Assembly (NCBI RefSeq): GCF_009914755.1
Contig: NC_060943.1
Direction: 5' to 3' (one strand)
Source: the human T2T-CHM13v2.0 reference genome, Homo sapiens
DNA: 64,000 nucleotides
Part shown: positions 53,903 to 64,000 of the stretch, piece by piece
Numbering within the stretch: position 1 is the first letter of the stretch
Layout of the letters: every line of letters begins with the position of its first letter
Notes under the pieces: model-generated
What the model saw: the letters and a program-made list of their open reading frames with translations, nothing else
Told to the model about the DNA's origin: nothing
The model's database searches: none
Program-made: the position numbers and the translations under genes

Positions 53903-54765
53903 TGTGGGCTGAGGATTATGCAGGTGACAAGGCAAGAGACTGAAGGCACAAACTGTTTCAGTATAATAAAGAAAATAGAATAATAATAGTCATAATTATA
54001 TATAGAGATGATCATGAACAATTATCAATCATTATAATAAACATTATTAATCATTAGCTTTTATTATTACTCTTTGTTGTGTTACTAATATAACCTAGGA
54101 ATAAACGGTGTGCTGAAGGGACATTGTGAGAAGTGACCTAGAAGGCAAGAGGTGAGCCTTCTGTCACACTCACATAAGGGCTGCTTGAGGGCTCCTTGGT
54201 CAAGTGGTAACGTTAGTGTCTGGGACAGCACCGTTACTTAGCAGACCACAAAAGGGAGTCTCCTTTCCTTGGGGGAGTGAGGGAACACTCTGCTCCACCA
54301 GCTTCTTGTGGAAGGCTGGATATTATCTAGGCCTGCCCGCAGTCATCTGGAGGCCGAAACCCCTCCCTGTGGTGCTGTGCTTCAATGGTCACGCTCCTTG
54401 TCCACTTTCATGCTCCTCTCACACTCCTGGTTCCTCTTTGAAGTTTGTAGTAGATAGTGGTAGAAGAAATAGTGAAAGTCTTAAAGTCTTTGATCTTATA
54501 AGTGCAGAGAAGAAATTGCTGATGTATGCTGCCTTCTCTCTCTGCTTCAGCTACCTAAAAGAGAAGGGCCCCCTGTCCTGTAATCACATGACTTGCTTCA
54601 CCTTGTCAATCACTTAGAAGATTCACCCTCCTTACCCTGCCCCCTTGTCTTGCATGCAATAAATATCAGTGAGCCCAGCTGTTCGGGGCCACTACTGGTC
54701 TCCGCATCTTGATGGTGGTGTTCCCCCAGGCCCAGCTGTTTTCTCTTTATCTCTTCGTCTTGTGT
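53903..54765 (+). mobile_element. ERVK-class solo LTR (LTR13/LTR13A-like), 3'-truncated, inside an older Alu (53730-53901 and 54766-54815)
   Basis: Starts TGTGGG...GGCAAGAGACTGAAGGCACAAACTGTTTCAGTATAATAAAG; AATAAA 54658-54663; Alu right arm resumes at 54766. Family from memory. Confidence 0.7.
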
Positions 54766-55119
54766 CTGCACTGAAGCCTGGGTGATAGAGTGAGACCTTG
54801 TCTCAAACAGCAACAAACAAATACCATCTTTGGGTATATTAATCAGATGGGGGGAGTCACACTGACATCAGTTGGCACCCACTGGTTAGTGTGTGCCAGG
54901 CAGGGAGACTGGGCTGTTTTCAGTAAACTGATCACAGCAGTGAGCTGTGATCGTGCCACTGTACTCCAGCCTGGGTGACAGAGTGAGACCTTATTTCCAA
55001 AAAAAAGAGAAGGCATTGGAGTTCAGCTTGTGGTTTTGACAGAGAAATAATAGGATAAATTAATGAAACAAAAAAGTTAACAGTAGAGGATTAACAAAAC
55101 TAAGTTTTTTTTTTCTAAT

Positions 55120-55610
55120 TTCTTTTCCTTTCCTTTCCTTTCCTTTCCTCTTTCCCTTTCCTTCCTTCCCTTCCCCTCCCTCCCTCCCTCGCTCCCTCCC
55201 TTCTTCCCTTCCTACCTCCCTCCCTCCCTCCCTCCCTCTTCCCCTCCTCCCCTCCCCTTTGTATGTAAGTGTAGATGAGGGTGTCTGTGCCTTGTGTTTG
55301 TATATGTGAGTATCCACATGAGCATGCCTATGTGTATGAGTGTGTATGTGAGTGTGGTGAGTTGCTTCTGTCCTCACATTTGTGTATATGAGTGTGCATG
55401 CAAGTGTGCTGAGTGTGAAAGTGTGCCTGTAGACATGTTTGCCTGTGTGTGCATGTGTCAAACACAGCTGTTTCTGTGTGTGAGTGTGCCTTATCTGTGT
55501 GTGTGCACGTGTGTGTGCACGTGTGCACGTGAATGTGTTGAGTGTTCCTGTGTGAACACAGGTGTGTTCCTATGTGTGTTATGTGAGCATGTGCATATGT
55601 GTATTCTCGA
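55120..55610. repeat. Polypyrimidine tract followed by degenerate (TG)-rich low-complexity sequence
   Basis: Directly visible. Confidence 0.85.
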
Positions 55611-55666
55611 GGGCTGAGGGACCCAGCCCTACCTTCAGCACCTGCTAACTGTCCCCACACCCACAG

Positions 55667-55868
55667 CGGGCCCAGCACAGGGATCACATTGTCGGGGTGA
55701 CCTGGATCCTACTTGAAGCCTTTGAGCTGGACTGTGGCTTTATCCCTGAGGCCAGGCTTCATGTCCAGATGGCCATGCCAGAGGTTGACGTGGCAGAGAA
55801 GGAGTGTGACACAGGCCAGTGGAGCGAGTGGAGCCAGCCTGTGTGCTTCCAGGCTCCCCAGAGACAAG
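55667..55868 (+). pseudogene. Orphan IL9R exon (WSxWS-containing fibronectin-III exon), unprocessed pseudogene fragment
   Basis: CAG|...AAG|GT; RAQHRDHIVGVTWILLEAFELDCGFIPEARLHVQM...GQWSEWSQPVCFQAPQRQ, close to the remembered IL9R sequence; subtelomeric IL9R pseudogenes are established. Confidence 0.88.
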
Positions 55869-56073
55869 GTGGGTGCTTCTGTGGCTGCTGCACTTCCAGA
55901 ATCTGGGCTGGGTGTCTTCTCCCATGATGACCTCACTCCTCCAACCTTTCACACTCCTGGAAGCCCCTCCCTGAGGCAGCCATGCCCCAGTTGACTTGCT
56001 TCCTCTGAAGGTCTGAGGTCTATAGGGAGGACACAAGCTCCTGCCCTAACACATCTCTGCACACCTGGTGGTC

Positions 56074-56221
56074 TTAGGTTAGGGTTAGGGTCAGGGTCAG
56101 GGTCAGGGTCAGGGTCAGGGTTAGGGTTTAGGGTCAGGGTCAGGGTCAGGGTCAGGGTTAGGGTAGGGTTAGGGTTAGGGTTAGGGTTAGGGTAGGGTTA
56201 GGGTTAGGGTTAGGGTTAGGG
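56074..56221 (+). repeat. Interstitial telomeric array (~25 units; TTAGGG, TCAGGG and TAGGG variants)
   Basis: Directly visible. Confidence 0.97.
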
Positions 56222-57401
56222 TATTGTAAATAATTTCACATTACTAATAATAAATTATTATTTGTATTACACTATTACGTAATGTAAAGGCTATTAAGAC
56301 ATGTTTGTCTTCAAAGAATGGCCTTGGTTTCTGTGGGCAGTGTCCTCATGGAAAGGTAATGCGTTCCTGCTAAATCATGGACAAAACGGGCTTCCAGGAG
56401 CTACAGGCTGCAGCAGCAGCTTCTCCTCTACGTCCTTCACTGCCTCATACTGTTGTTGACTTTGAAAGCTTTTTTCAGTCTAGTTTTATCAACAGAGCTA
56501 GTATTTTCATGAGGTTCTACTACATACCAGGTTCCAGAAAGCTAAATGCCTTTTGTTTGTTATTATTCACTAAATAGAAATCACAACTCTCTCCTCATTA
56601 CTCACACAACAAAATTTAGCTGAGGGAGACTGAGTGACTGTCCCAGGGTCACACAGCTACTAAGAGCAGAGTCATGTTTAGATTCATGTGGGAATACTGA
56701 ACACAGACATGAACCAGTGGAAACATCCTACATTCCAAAAGCCTACTCAAGCCATTTGTTCTTATTTTAAGGAAAATCTTTATGCTAATTTTAAACTCCA
56801 AATACTTATGAATGGCAGAGATCTACAGATTTGATTCTGATGTAAGAAATGATGGTCACCAGCTGGTTACTGCTACCACCCCACAACCCCGAGCATACTG
56901 GACGAATGTCTAAGCCTTGTGGTTAGTGGGGACAATGCTGGTGGAGTCTGAAGTTGTCATGCAGTGACTCATGCAAGCTTAGGCAGATTTGGTGATATAT
57001 GACACAGAGATGCAAAGAAATGTTGTAGCTGACACACACCGGCTGGCTCTGGGAGATGCAGAAGGAGCACGTCACCCAAAATAGAGCCAGACAGACATCC
57101 TTAAGGAAAGAGCCAAGGGGCTGCATCTTAAAGAATGAAGAAAGGATTTGTCATGAGAGATGGGACAGGAAGTTCTTGAGAGGCAGAGGGAGATTGTGAG
57201 AATGTTGGGAAGGGAGGAGAGATTCTCGCACATCTGGGAAGCTGACAATCCATCAGCATGTCCAGAAGGAAAATAAGGAGGAGGAGCAGAAATAGATGAG
57301 GCTGGATATAGAAGCAGGGCTGAAGCTGTGTCGATTGTGGTAAAGAGTTGTGATTCTATCCAGAAGGCAATAGGTAGCATTCTAAACAGAGATCTTTTAA
57401 A

Positions 57402-57622
57402 ACAAGAGTCAGCAAATATTTTCTGCAAGGGGCTAAATGTTAAATATTTCAAGTTTTCCAAGCCATATGGTCTCTCTCTCAATGACTCAGCTCTTCCATT
57501 ATACCATGAAAGTAGCCAGAGACATTATGTAACACATGTATTGGCTGTGCCCCATTACAACTTTACTTACAAACGCAGACTGTGTCAGACATGGTCCATG
57601 CATGGTAGTTTGCCACACTCTG
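57402..57622. mobile_element. MER58A-like hAT-Charlie MITE
   Basis: Ends CAAGAGTCAGCAAA...TAGTTTGCCACACTCTG form degenerate TIRs; ~220 bp. Confidence 0.6.
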
Positions 57623-58068
57623 TTTTAGAAAGCTCAGGTTTATGATGTGATGGAGAATGCCTACAAGAGCTCTTGTTTTAAATGGTAGAGTGAACATACA
57701 CTGGAATTCTATCCTGCTTGACCCAAGCTCTTGATAGCAAAAGGTAGAAAAGATAGATGGTAAACAGATAGATAGATGATAGATAAAGAAAATACATAGC
57801 TGTTCCAGAAAACAGAAATGGATAACTTCATGAACCAAAAGCAGAGTAATATACTTTAGAAGGAAGCAGGCCAGAAAACCCACAGTTGCAAAGCAAATAG
57901 AATTTCCAACTGCCTCTTGTAGCCCCTTCCTGGAAGTAGTCACAGCCCAGGGTGTTTGACTTCTTCCTCTGTTTTTTGTTTGTTTGTTGTTTGCTTTTCT
58001 CTGGGGTTTTTGTTGTTGTTGTTTGCTTTTTTTAAAAAAAATTCCCTTTCCCTGCTTTTTTGTCACAG

Positions 58069-61000
58069 TAGCCTTTGTCACTTCAAACACTGCAAGTGTT
58101 CTTTAAAAAAAATTATATCAACCTTTCAATTAAAATGCAACATGTCTGAAACTTGGTATCTGGAGAGGTGAGTTGGACAAAGGAGCCCTTGTTACTGCAC
58201 GTTTTCATTCTTCAAATTTCACCTTGCACGCAGTAACAGACAGTGCACAAAGCCACTTCCTTATGGACGGAAATTCTGAAATCCTTTTATGCCTGGCCTT
58301 TCCATCCTTCATCTTCCCCTCTCTCACACTGTGAAGGATCGTATTGGACATTTTTGTTTTAATGTCAGTGACAGGGGAACACAGGTAGCTCTAATATAGC
58401 TGTGACCCAGATGCTTCTGTTTCTAGCACGTATTTATTTTGCAGCAAACATTTACATCCATGATGTTTTACTGTCTTTTGAAAATAATTAGGCAATATCT
58501 CATCTGAGGTAGGATGTTTCTAGGGGTTGTGTTCTGAGGGAGGAAAACTAATCTGTTCTCTTTCCACTGCATTCTAGGAACAGTAAGAGGACCTTGTGCA
58601 TGAATAATTTGTTTCCACACTACAGAGTGGGTAATAAGCAGATTAGTAAAAACAATTCTGCTTCACTTCAATAACAGCCTCCTCCAACTCATTTTTTCTC
58701 AACAAACTTATTTTTCCAGCAGAAGAATCCCAGGCTTCTTAGAGAACCCAGTGACTTTTTGCACCTTAAATCTGTGAAATCCTCATGTTTTCTTCTGCCG
58801 TATCCATAGTTCAAACAAAGATGAGGCAAAGCTAGATGCATTCCTGAAGGAACCCAAGAAATTCCTCTCTTTATTTCTCTGGAATGAAATGAATTCTCTA
58901 GACCACCAGTTCTAACCTTCAAAAACCAAACCTGTTTGTGAGATCTCCTTCAAATACTACTGTAGACCCCAGTGTTTATTCATTAAATTTTTAAAATATT
59001 TGTTTTATTTGGAATCCATGTATTTGTAATTTTAGTGTTTGTATTAATACAAGGGAGAAATGTTTAAATCTGTCTATGCCATATGTGCCTCTGGCTTATT
59101 GCCCAATTAATTGTAGCCTCAGGCTAAACTTTGGTTTCTGTCTTTAATTTTTGTCAGAAGAAATATAACTGATCTCAAAACATCTGCTTTTATTGTAGGG
59201 GCTCGTGCTGCCATCTCCATTCCTCTCTCTTTTCTTGCAATCTGGGTGGAAGTTCTTTAATATGAACATTTCAACCACCTTCATTCTACCATGTCCACTA
59301 TCAGCACATTCAAACTTATCCAGCCAAGGCTGTCATCTTAGGCCAGGGATTTTTTAGGAATCTATTATGCTGTGATGCGGCTGGCACCCCTTTGACTCAC
59401 TGTATCACCCCAGGGTTCTTTTCATTTCAGAAGCCCAAGAGGGCAGAAAAAGAAATAGGTGAGCAATTAAACCCTCTGAGTCAGGAGCGTCTCCCCTTGC
59501 GTTAAGCAATGTTGTAGAACATCGTGTTTAGCAAGCTCCTAGCAGATGAGCCACGTGGCTGCTGAGCACACACGCCTGCTTGCTGCTGTGAGCTCAGGCA
59601 CCATCATCATGTCTTTTCCATCTCTGGAGGGAATTGTAAGGGCCACTTAATAACCTGTAAATCACAGAGAGTTAAAGGTGCTTCCCCAAAACACTGATGA
59701 CAGAATGAAAGGTGAGGAGTGTTAGCCACAGGTCACAAAAGTGCAGGAAAGTCTCTCAGTGTGGGTTGTTGAAGAAATGCAGGTCTTTTTTCTTTTGGAA
59801 GTCTCCCTAGAATGGGGTCAAGGACTCTGCCCATTCTAGGATGAAAAATTGGGATATTAGACACCTTCAGATATTTATCCCCAGCTTTCATTTTGGGCTC
59901 TTAATTAGTTTGTTCATCCATCACAATCTCAAATGCTAAGCAGGGCATTTGAATCTCTCCACAGTGCAAATCAGCGCCGTCTTTTAAAGTTGAGTTTCTT
60001 ATTATTCTCACCTGATATACCTTATTTATCCCACACCCACCCCAATAACATATCGTGCTCACTGTTATCTTTGAGGCAACCCTTGAATTTTACTCAGCCT
60101 GGAGCGCTCTTCACGTCTTGTCCAGAGCCAGTTCGGACTCATTCTTCAGCCGTGCATCAGTCAGTGGGGGCTAGCTTAAACTGTGGTGACAAACAACCTC
60201 CAAATTTCAGTGGCTCAAAAATCTTCTTCCTTATTTATTTACATCTCATGACTGGTCAGGTGAGAGGTAGCTCTGTGCTGTGTCATCCTAACACAGGAAT
60301 CCAGAAGGAAGGAGGGACCGTCAATGAGATCCCCATTGCTATAGAAAAGAGAAAAAAGCATGCGGAATAGAACGCTGTTTCTTGGAGATTTCTCCTGAAA
60401 AAGTCACATGTTATTTCTTCTCACCTCCATCGGCAAAAAAAAAAAAAAAAAAAAAAAAGTCATGTGGCCATGGGAAAATTTAAGTAGGTGGGATGGAACA
60501 GTCAGAATGCATTCATAAAAAATGAACTGAAAATATTTGGAGAACAGCACCAATGACTATCATGAATGCCAACTTACATCCCTAACAACCCAGTGCTGTT
60601 ACCCTCCAAACTTTTTATGTCTTGCAAAGTATTAGAACTTCATATCTGAAGCCATACCACTCAGAGGGAATGCAAGATACATATTGACATCTCCTTTAGG
60701 ATGTCCATAGAGAATTCAAGAAAAGAAATAATTTAAAAGTGCTTTTGGGTACAGCTATTTAGCACTAGAGGGTAAGAGTAGAGATAGATTGTAAAGATAA
60801 TAATAGGGTTAGGCATAGGATTAGGATCTGGGTCAGAGTCAGGGCTGGAAGTATGGTTAGAGGTGGGGTCATGGTCAGGGTCAAGATCAAAGTCAGGGTT
60901 AAAGTAAGGGTCAGAATTAGGGACCAGGGTAGGGATCAGGATTTAGCTTCAGGCTCAAAGTCTTGGGACAGGGTTAGGGTTAGGATTAGAACCAGAGCTT

Positions 61001-61139
61001 TTTTCTCCTCAGGACCCACCCGAGGATGGGTCACCATGGCTTTGGAGCACCTGGTAGTGTGGCGTGTCCACAGTGAAGACCAGAGTTTCGTTGTCCTTAA
61101 GACTGACCTGGGAGACGTGGCTGGAGGCCATTGAGGAAG
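58069..61139 (+). ncRNA. Candidate exons of a multicopy subtelomeric lncRNA family (58069/58072-58167 and 61013-61139)
   Basis: Strong polypyrimidine-AG acceptors and GAG|GTGAGT / AAG|GTGAGG donors; resemblance to LINC00266-type subtelomeric transcripts from memory only. Confidence 0.45.
60804..60990 (+). repeat. Highly degenerate telomere-like hexamer array
   Basis: 6-bp periodicity: TTAGGC ATAGGA TTAGGA TCTGGG TCAGAG TCAGGG ... TTAGGG TTAGGA. Confidence 0.85.
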
Positions 61140-61671
61140 GTGAGGCAAAAGCTTCCTGTCTGCTCCCCGTGTGCTGAGGAGGGAGCTCTGCCATGGGCTT
61201 TACTTTCACACGTTATATTCTACAAGTCTTGTTTTACAAAAGCATCCCTTCCTTGAGGCTTCGGCTGCTCATCGCTGCTCATCATCATAGCGTGCCATAA
61301 CATATAGTAAGATTTGGGTTTGTTTCTGGGAGAGATCTTGGCATAGAGAAAGGAGAAATGCTTAGAGCCACCATCAAGACAGTTGGGATGAAAGCTGGGG
61401 ATAGGCAGAGGCTGGAGGAAACATGTGCACCCCTTGTAAACACTTATTCATGTTTTAGTTATTCACTTAAAGTGTTAAGTTAGTAAAAATAGTATTGAAA
61501 AATTGAAAAGTAGGCATATTAAAACTTGTAACACTATTTAAGCTTAGATATATTATTTGTACCTCATCAACATTTTTTATTTTGTTGAGAAAGTGTAAGG
61601 TTAATTGGCAGCATATTTCTAATAGTAGATAGAATAATGTCTGTTTTATAAACATTGACATCCTACATTAC

Positions 61672-62117
61672 CTGTGTGAACCCTGAAAATCTGAGACAGC
61701 TCTCAGATTTTTTAGAAAGTTTATTTTGCCAATCTTGAGGATGTGCGCCCGTGATGCCTCCCCAGGAGGTCCTGACAACATGGGCCCAAGGTGATCGGGG
61801 CACAGCTTGGTTTTATACACTTTAGGGAGACATGAGACATCAATCAATACGTGTAAGATGTACATTGGTTCAGTCCAGAAAGGTGAGAAGGCCAGACAGG
61901 GGGCTTCCAGGTCATAGGTAGGTAAGAGACAAATGGTTTCATTCTTTTGCATTGCTGATTACCCTCTCCAAATGAGGCAATCAGGTATGCATTTATCTCG
62001 GTGAGCAGATGGGTGACTTTGGATACAATGGGAGGCGGGTTTGCCCTAAGCAGTTCCCAGCTTGGCTTTTCCCTTTAGCTTAGTGATTTTGATTCCCAAG
62101 ATTTATTTTCCCTTCAT
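61672..62117 (-). mobile_element. ERV1 solo LTR, MER4A-like
   Basis: AGAAAGTTTATTTTGCCAA...GGAGGTCCTGACAACATG..CCCAAGGTG...TTTATTTTCCCTTCA. Confidence 0.65.
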
Positions 62118-63029
62118 AAGGTTTTCCTATGAGCATTAATTATTCATTGTGTATTTTATCACACAAATAAGGCACAGATTTTTAAAAAATCATCAACTTC
62201 CTGGCTACCTATATAGACATAATTACATAGAAGCTCAACTAAATTTGCAAACATTCCAGAGTTTGGGTTTCCAATAATTCTTTGTGATTCTTTAAAAGGT
62301 AAAGTATTTTTTTCCCATAAAACATAGCAACATTTAAAATCACCCGTAGAATGTCCTGCCATTTTTGTTTCTGTAGTTTCCTCATTTTCTGCAAAGCCTC
62401 GCTGAGGAAATTGACTTTGAATATCCTTTTACACTCTTCTGTTTTAGAAAGCATTGTGGTAAAACATTGAATCATCATGGTCATAAGTTCTGTTCACATT
62501 CTTTCTTGCTTTGAATATTTTTTCCCAGTGGCCAATATTTGATTCTGTTGTATCATGGCTAAAAGGTAGGCATGGCAACAAAATAAAGACAGGAAGTCTT
62601 TGGAATAAGTGATCCCATCACAATGAATCAATTTGCCATTGGAACATATTTTTACAAAGTCACTCTTTTGAAAATATTTAGCTATGAATTAAAACAGAGT
62701 CTGTATGGTTAATATTTTTCCTGGTCTAAGGTGAACAGCATTTTAGAGAATGAACTCAGGACACAACCACAGCACAAGAAAAATGTGATAATTAAGTTTA
62801 CACATATGTGTTACTACTGCAACAGAAAACATGTAAAGAACATTTGATTTATGTATCAGTCTGCACTGTTTAATTTTTTGTGTCATAAATACTCTTATTT
62901 AAAAAAACAGGACTAGTTAACAGTGTCAATTACTAGTAATTCATGGTATAAATAATTAAACAAGGAAGTGTTCAAAAAAAACAGTGTTTTAAATAAAGTT
63001 TTATTTTACATCATCTTTTTTACTTACAC

Positions 63030-64000
63030 AGAAATTGTCAAAAAAAAGCAGAGATTTCCCATGTAGCCGCAACCTAGTTTCCTCTCTTATTAACATCTTC
63101 TATCAGTGTGTCTCACATGGCTTATTAATATCTTACATAATTTGTCACAGTTAATGAACCAATACTGATAGACTATTATTAATTGAAGTTCATATTTCAT
63201 TTGGATTCCCTTAGTTCTATCTTACTCTGACCCAGGATCCCATCCAGGATCCCGCATGACATGTAGACATCACGTGGGCTCTTCCTGGCTGTGACAGTGT
63301 GTCAGGCTTTCCATCTCATGATGACCTTCATAGCACTGAGGAGGATTGGTCAGGAATGTTGTAGAATGTCCCCCATTGTCACTTCATGTTCTCAAGGTGA
63401 ACTGTCACCTTTGATGTTCACTTGGATCATTTGGCAGAGCTAATGTTTGTCAGGTTTCTCCACTGTGAGGTTATTTCTCCTCCTTGTCCGTACTGCATGT
63501 GTTCTTTTGGAGCAAGTCACTATGCAGAGCCTCACTCTGTCAGGAGTTGGCTCCACCTTCTTGACGGCTGAGTGTCTACATCAATTATTTGGAATTCTTT
63601 TGCAAAGGAGATTTCTATGCAACTCCATTTGCTTATTCACCTAGGTATACAAATACAGACACCTAGATAATTACTTTAAGCTTTAGTTATTATTCAACAC
63701 TACAGTATTATGTTGCACAATTCATTCCTGTGTTGGCCATCAGTAGCTGTTTTTATTGGCTCTTATTTTTCTTTGATATGTTTTAATTTTTTTAGTACTT
63801 ACTTTCTGATACTTCCAGATTATCCTGGCTCCTATATTTACTGTCCCAGTTCTAGTATCAGACATTTCTTCAAAGAGCCTGATTACTTTCAGAATGGTAG
63901 GAAAACTTACATCTGGCTGCTGAATGAGCACATTGTATCTTCTCCCTCATTGGCAATGCTAGGAAGTATATGTGTGTGTCTAACCTACCTATACACACCT
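63030..64000 (-). mobile_element. Old antisense L1 (L1MC-like) fragments
   Basis: AT-rich; CCAGGATCCCATCCAGGA...GGTCAGG..TTGTAGAATGTCCC motifs. Confidence 0.5.

Noticed and set aside
59933-60370. 145-aa ATG ORF in the subtelomeric block
   Set aside because: No recognisable domain; AT-rich and probably partly repeat-derived.

Overview
Human (contains an AluYa5) GC- and Alu-rich distal 19q13.43 running into the subtelomere; the locus was recognised from protein sequence. I assembled four complete spliced CDSs by hand, all with GT-AG sites and lengths matching the known proteins: TRIM28/KAP1 (+, 17 exons, 835 aa, mirtron MIR6807 in the last intron), CHMP2A (-, 222 aa), UBE2M/UBC12 (-, 183 aa) and MZF1 (-, 734 aa). 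The lncRNA MZF1-AS1 probably overlaps MZF1. A ~5.75-kb 39-bp VNTR lies between a CpG island and the TRIM28 promoter. Distal to MZF1 are the CENPBD2P (formerly CENPBD1P1) pogo/Tigger pseudogene, an LTR13-like LTR, an orphan IL9R exon, three co-oriented telomeric arrays and AT-rich subtelomeric duplicon DNA. Best leads: (1) a half-SCAN exon that splices in frame onto the pogo transposase exon, i.e. a fossil SCAN-transposase fusion gene that today keeps a 92-aa ORF; (2) an MZF1 exon that aligns without gaps to KRAB-A; (3) the VNTR, with a 2111-codon open frame and higher-order structure; (4) stop-free 3n introns in TRIM28 and CHMP2A; (5) near-palindromic AluY copies sharing non-consensus variants. 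Repeat family names and database identities are from memory and were not computed.
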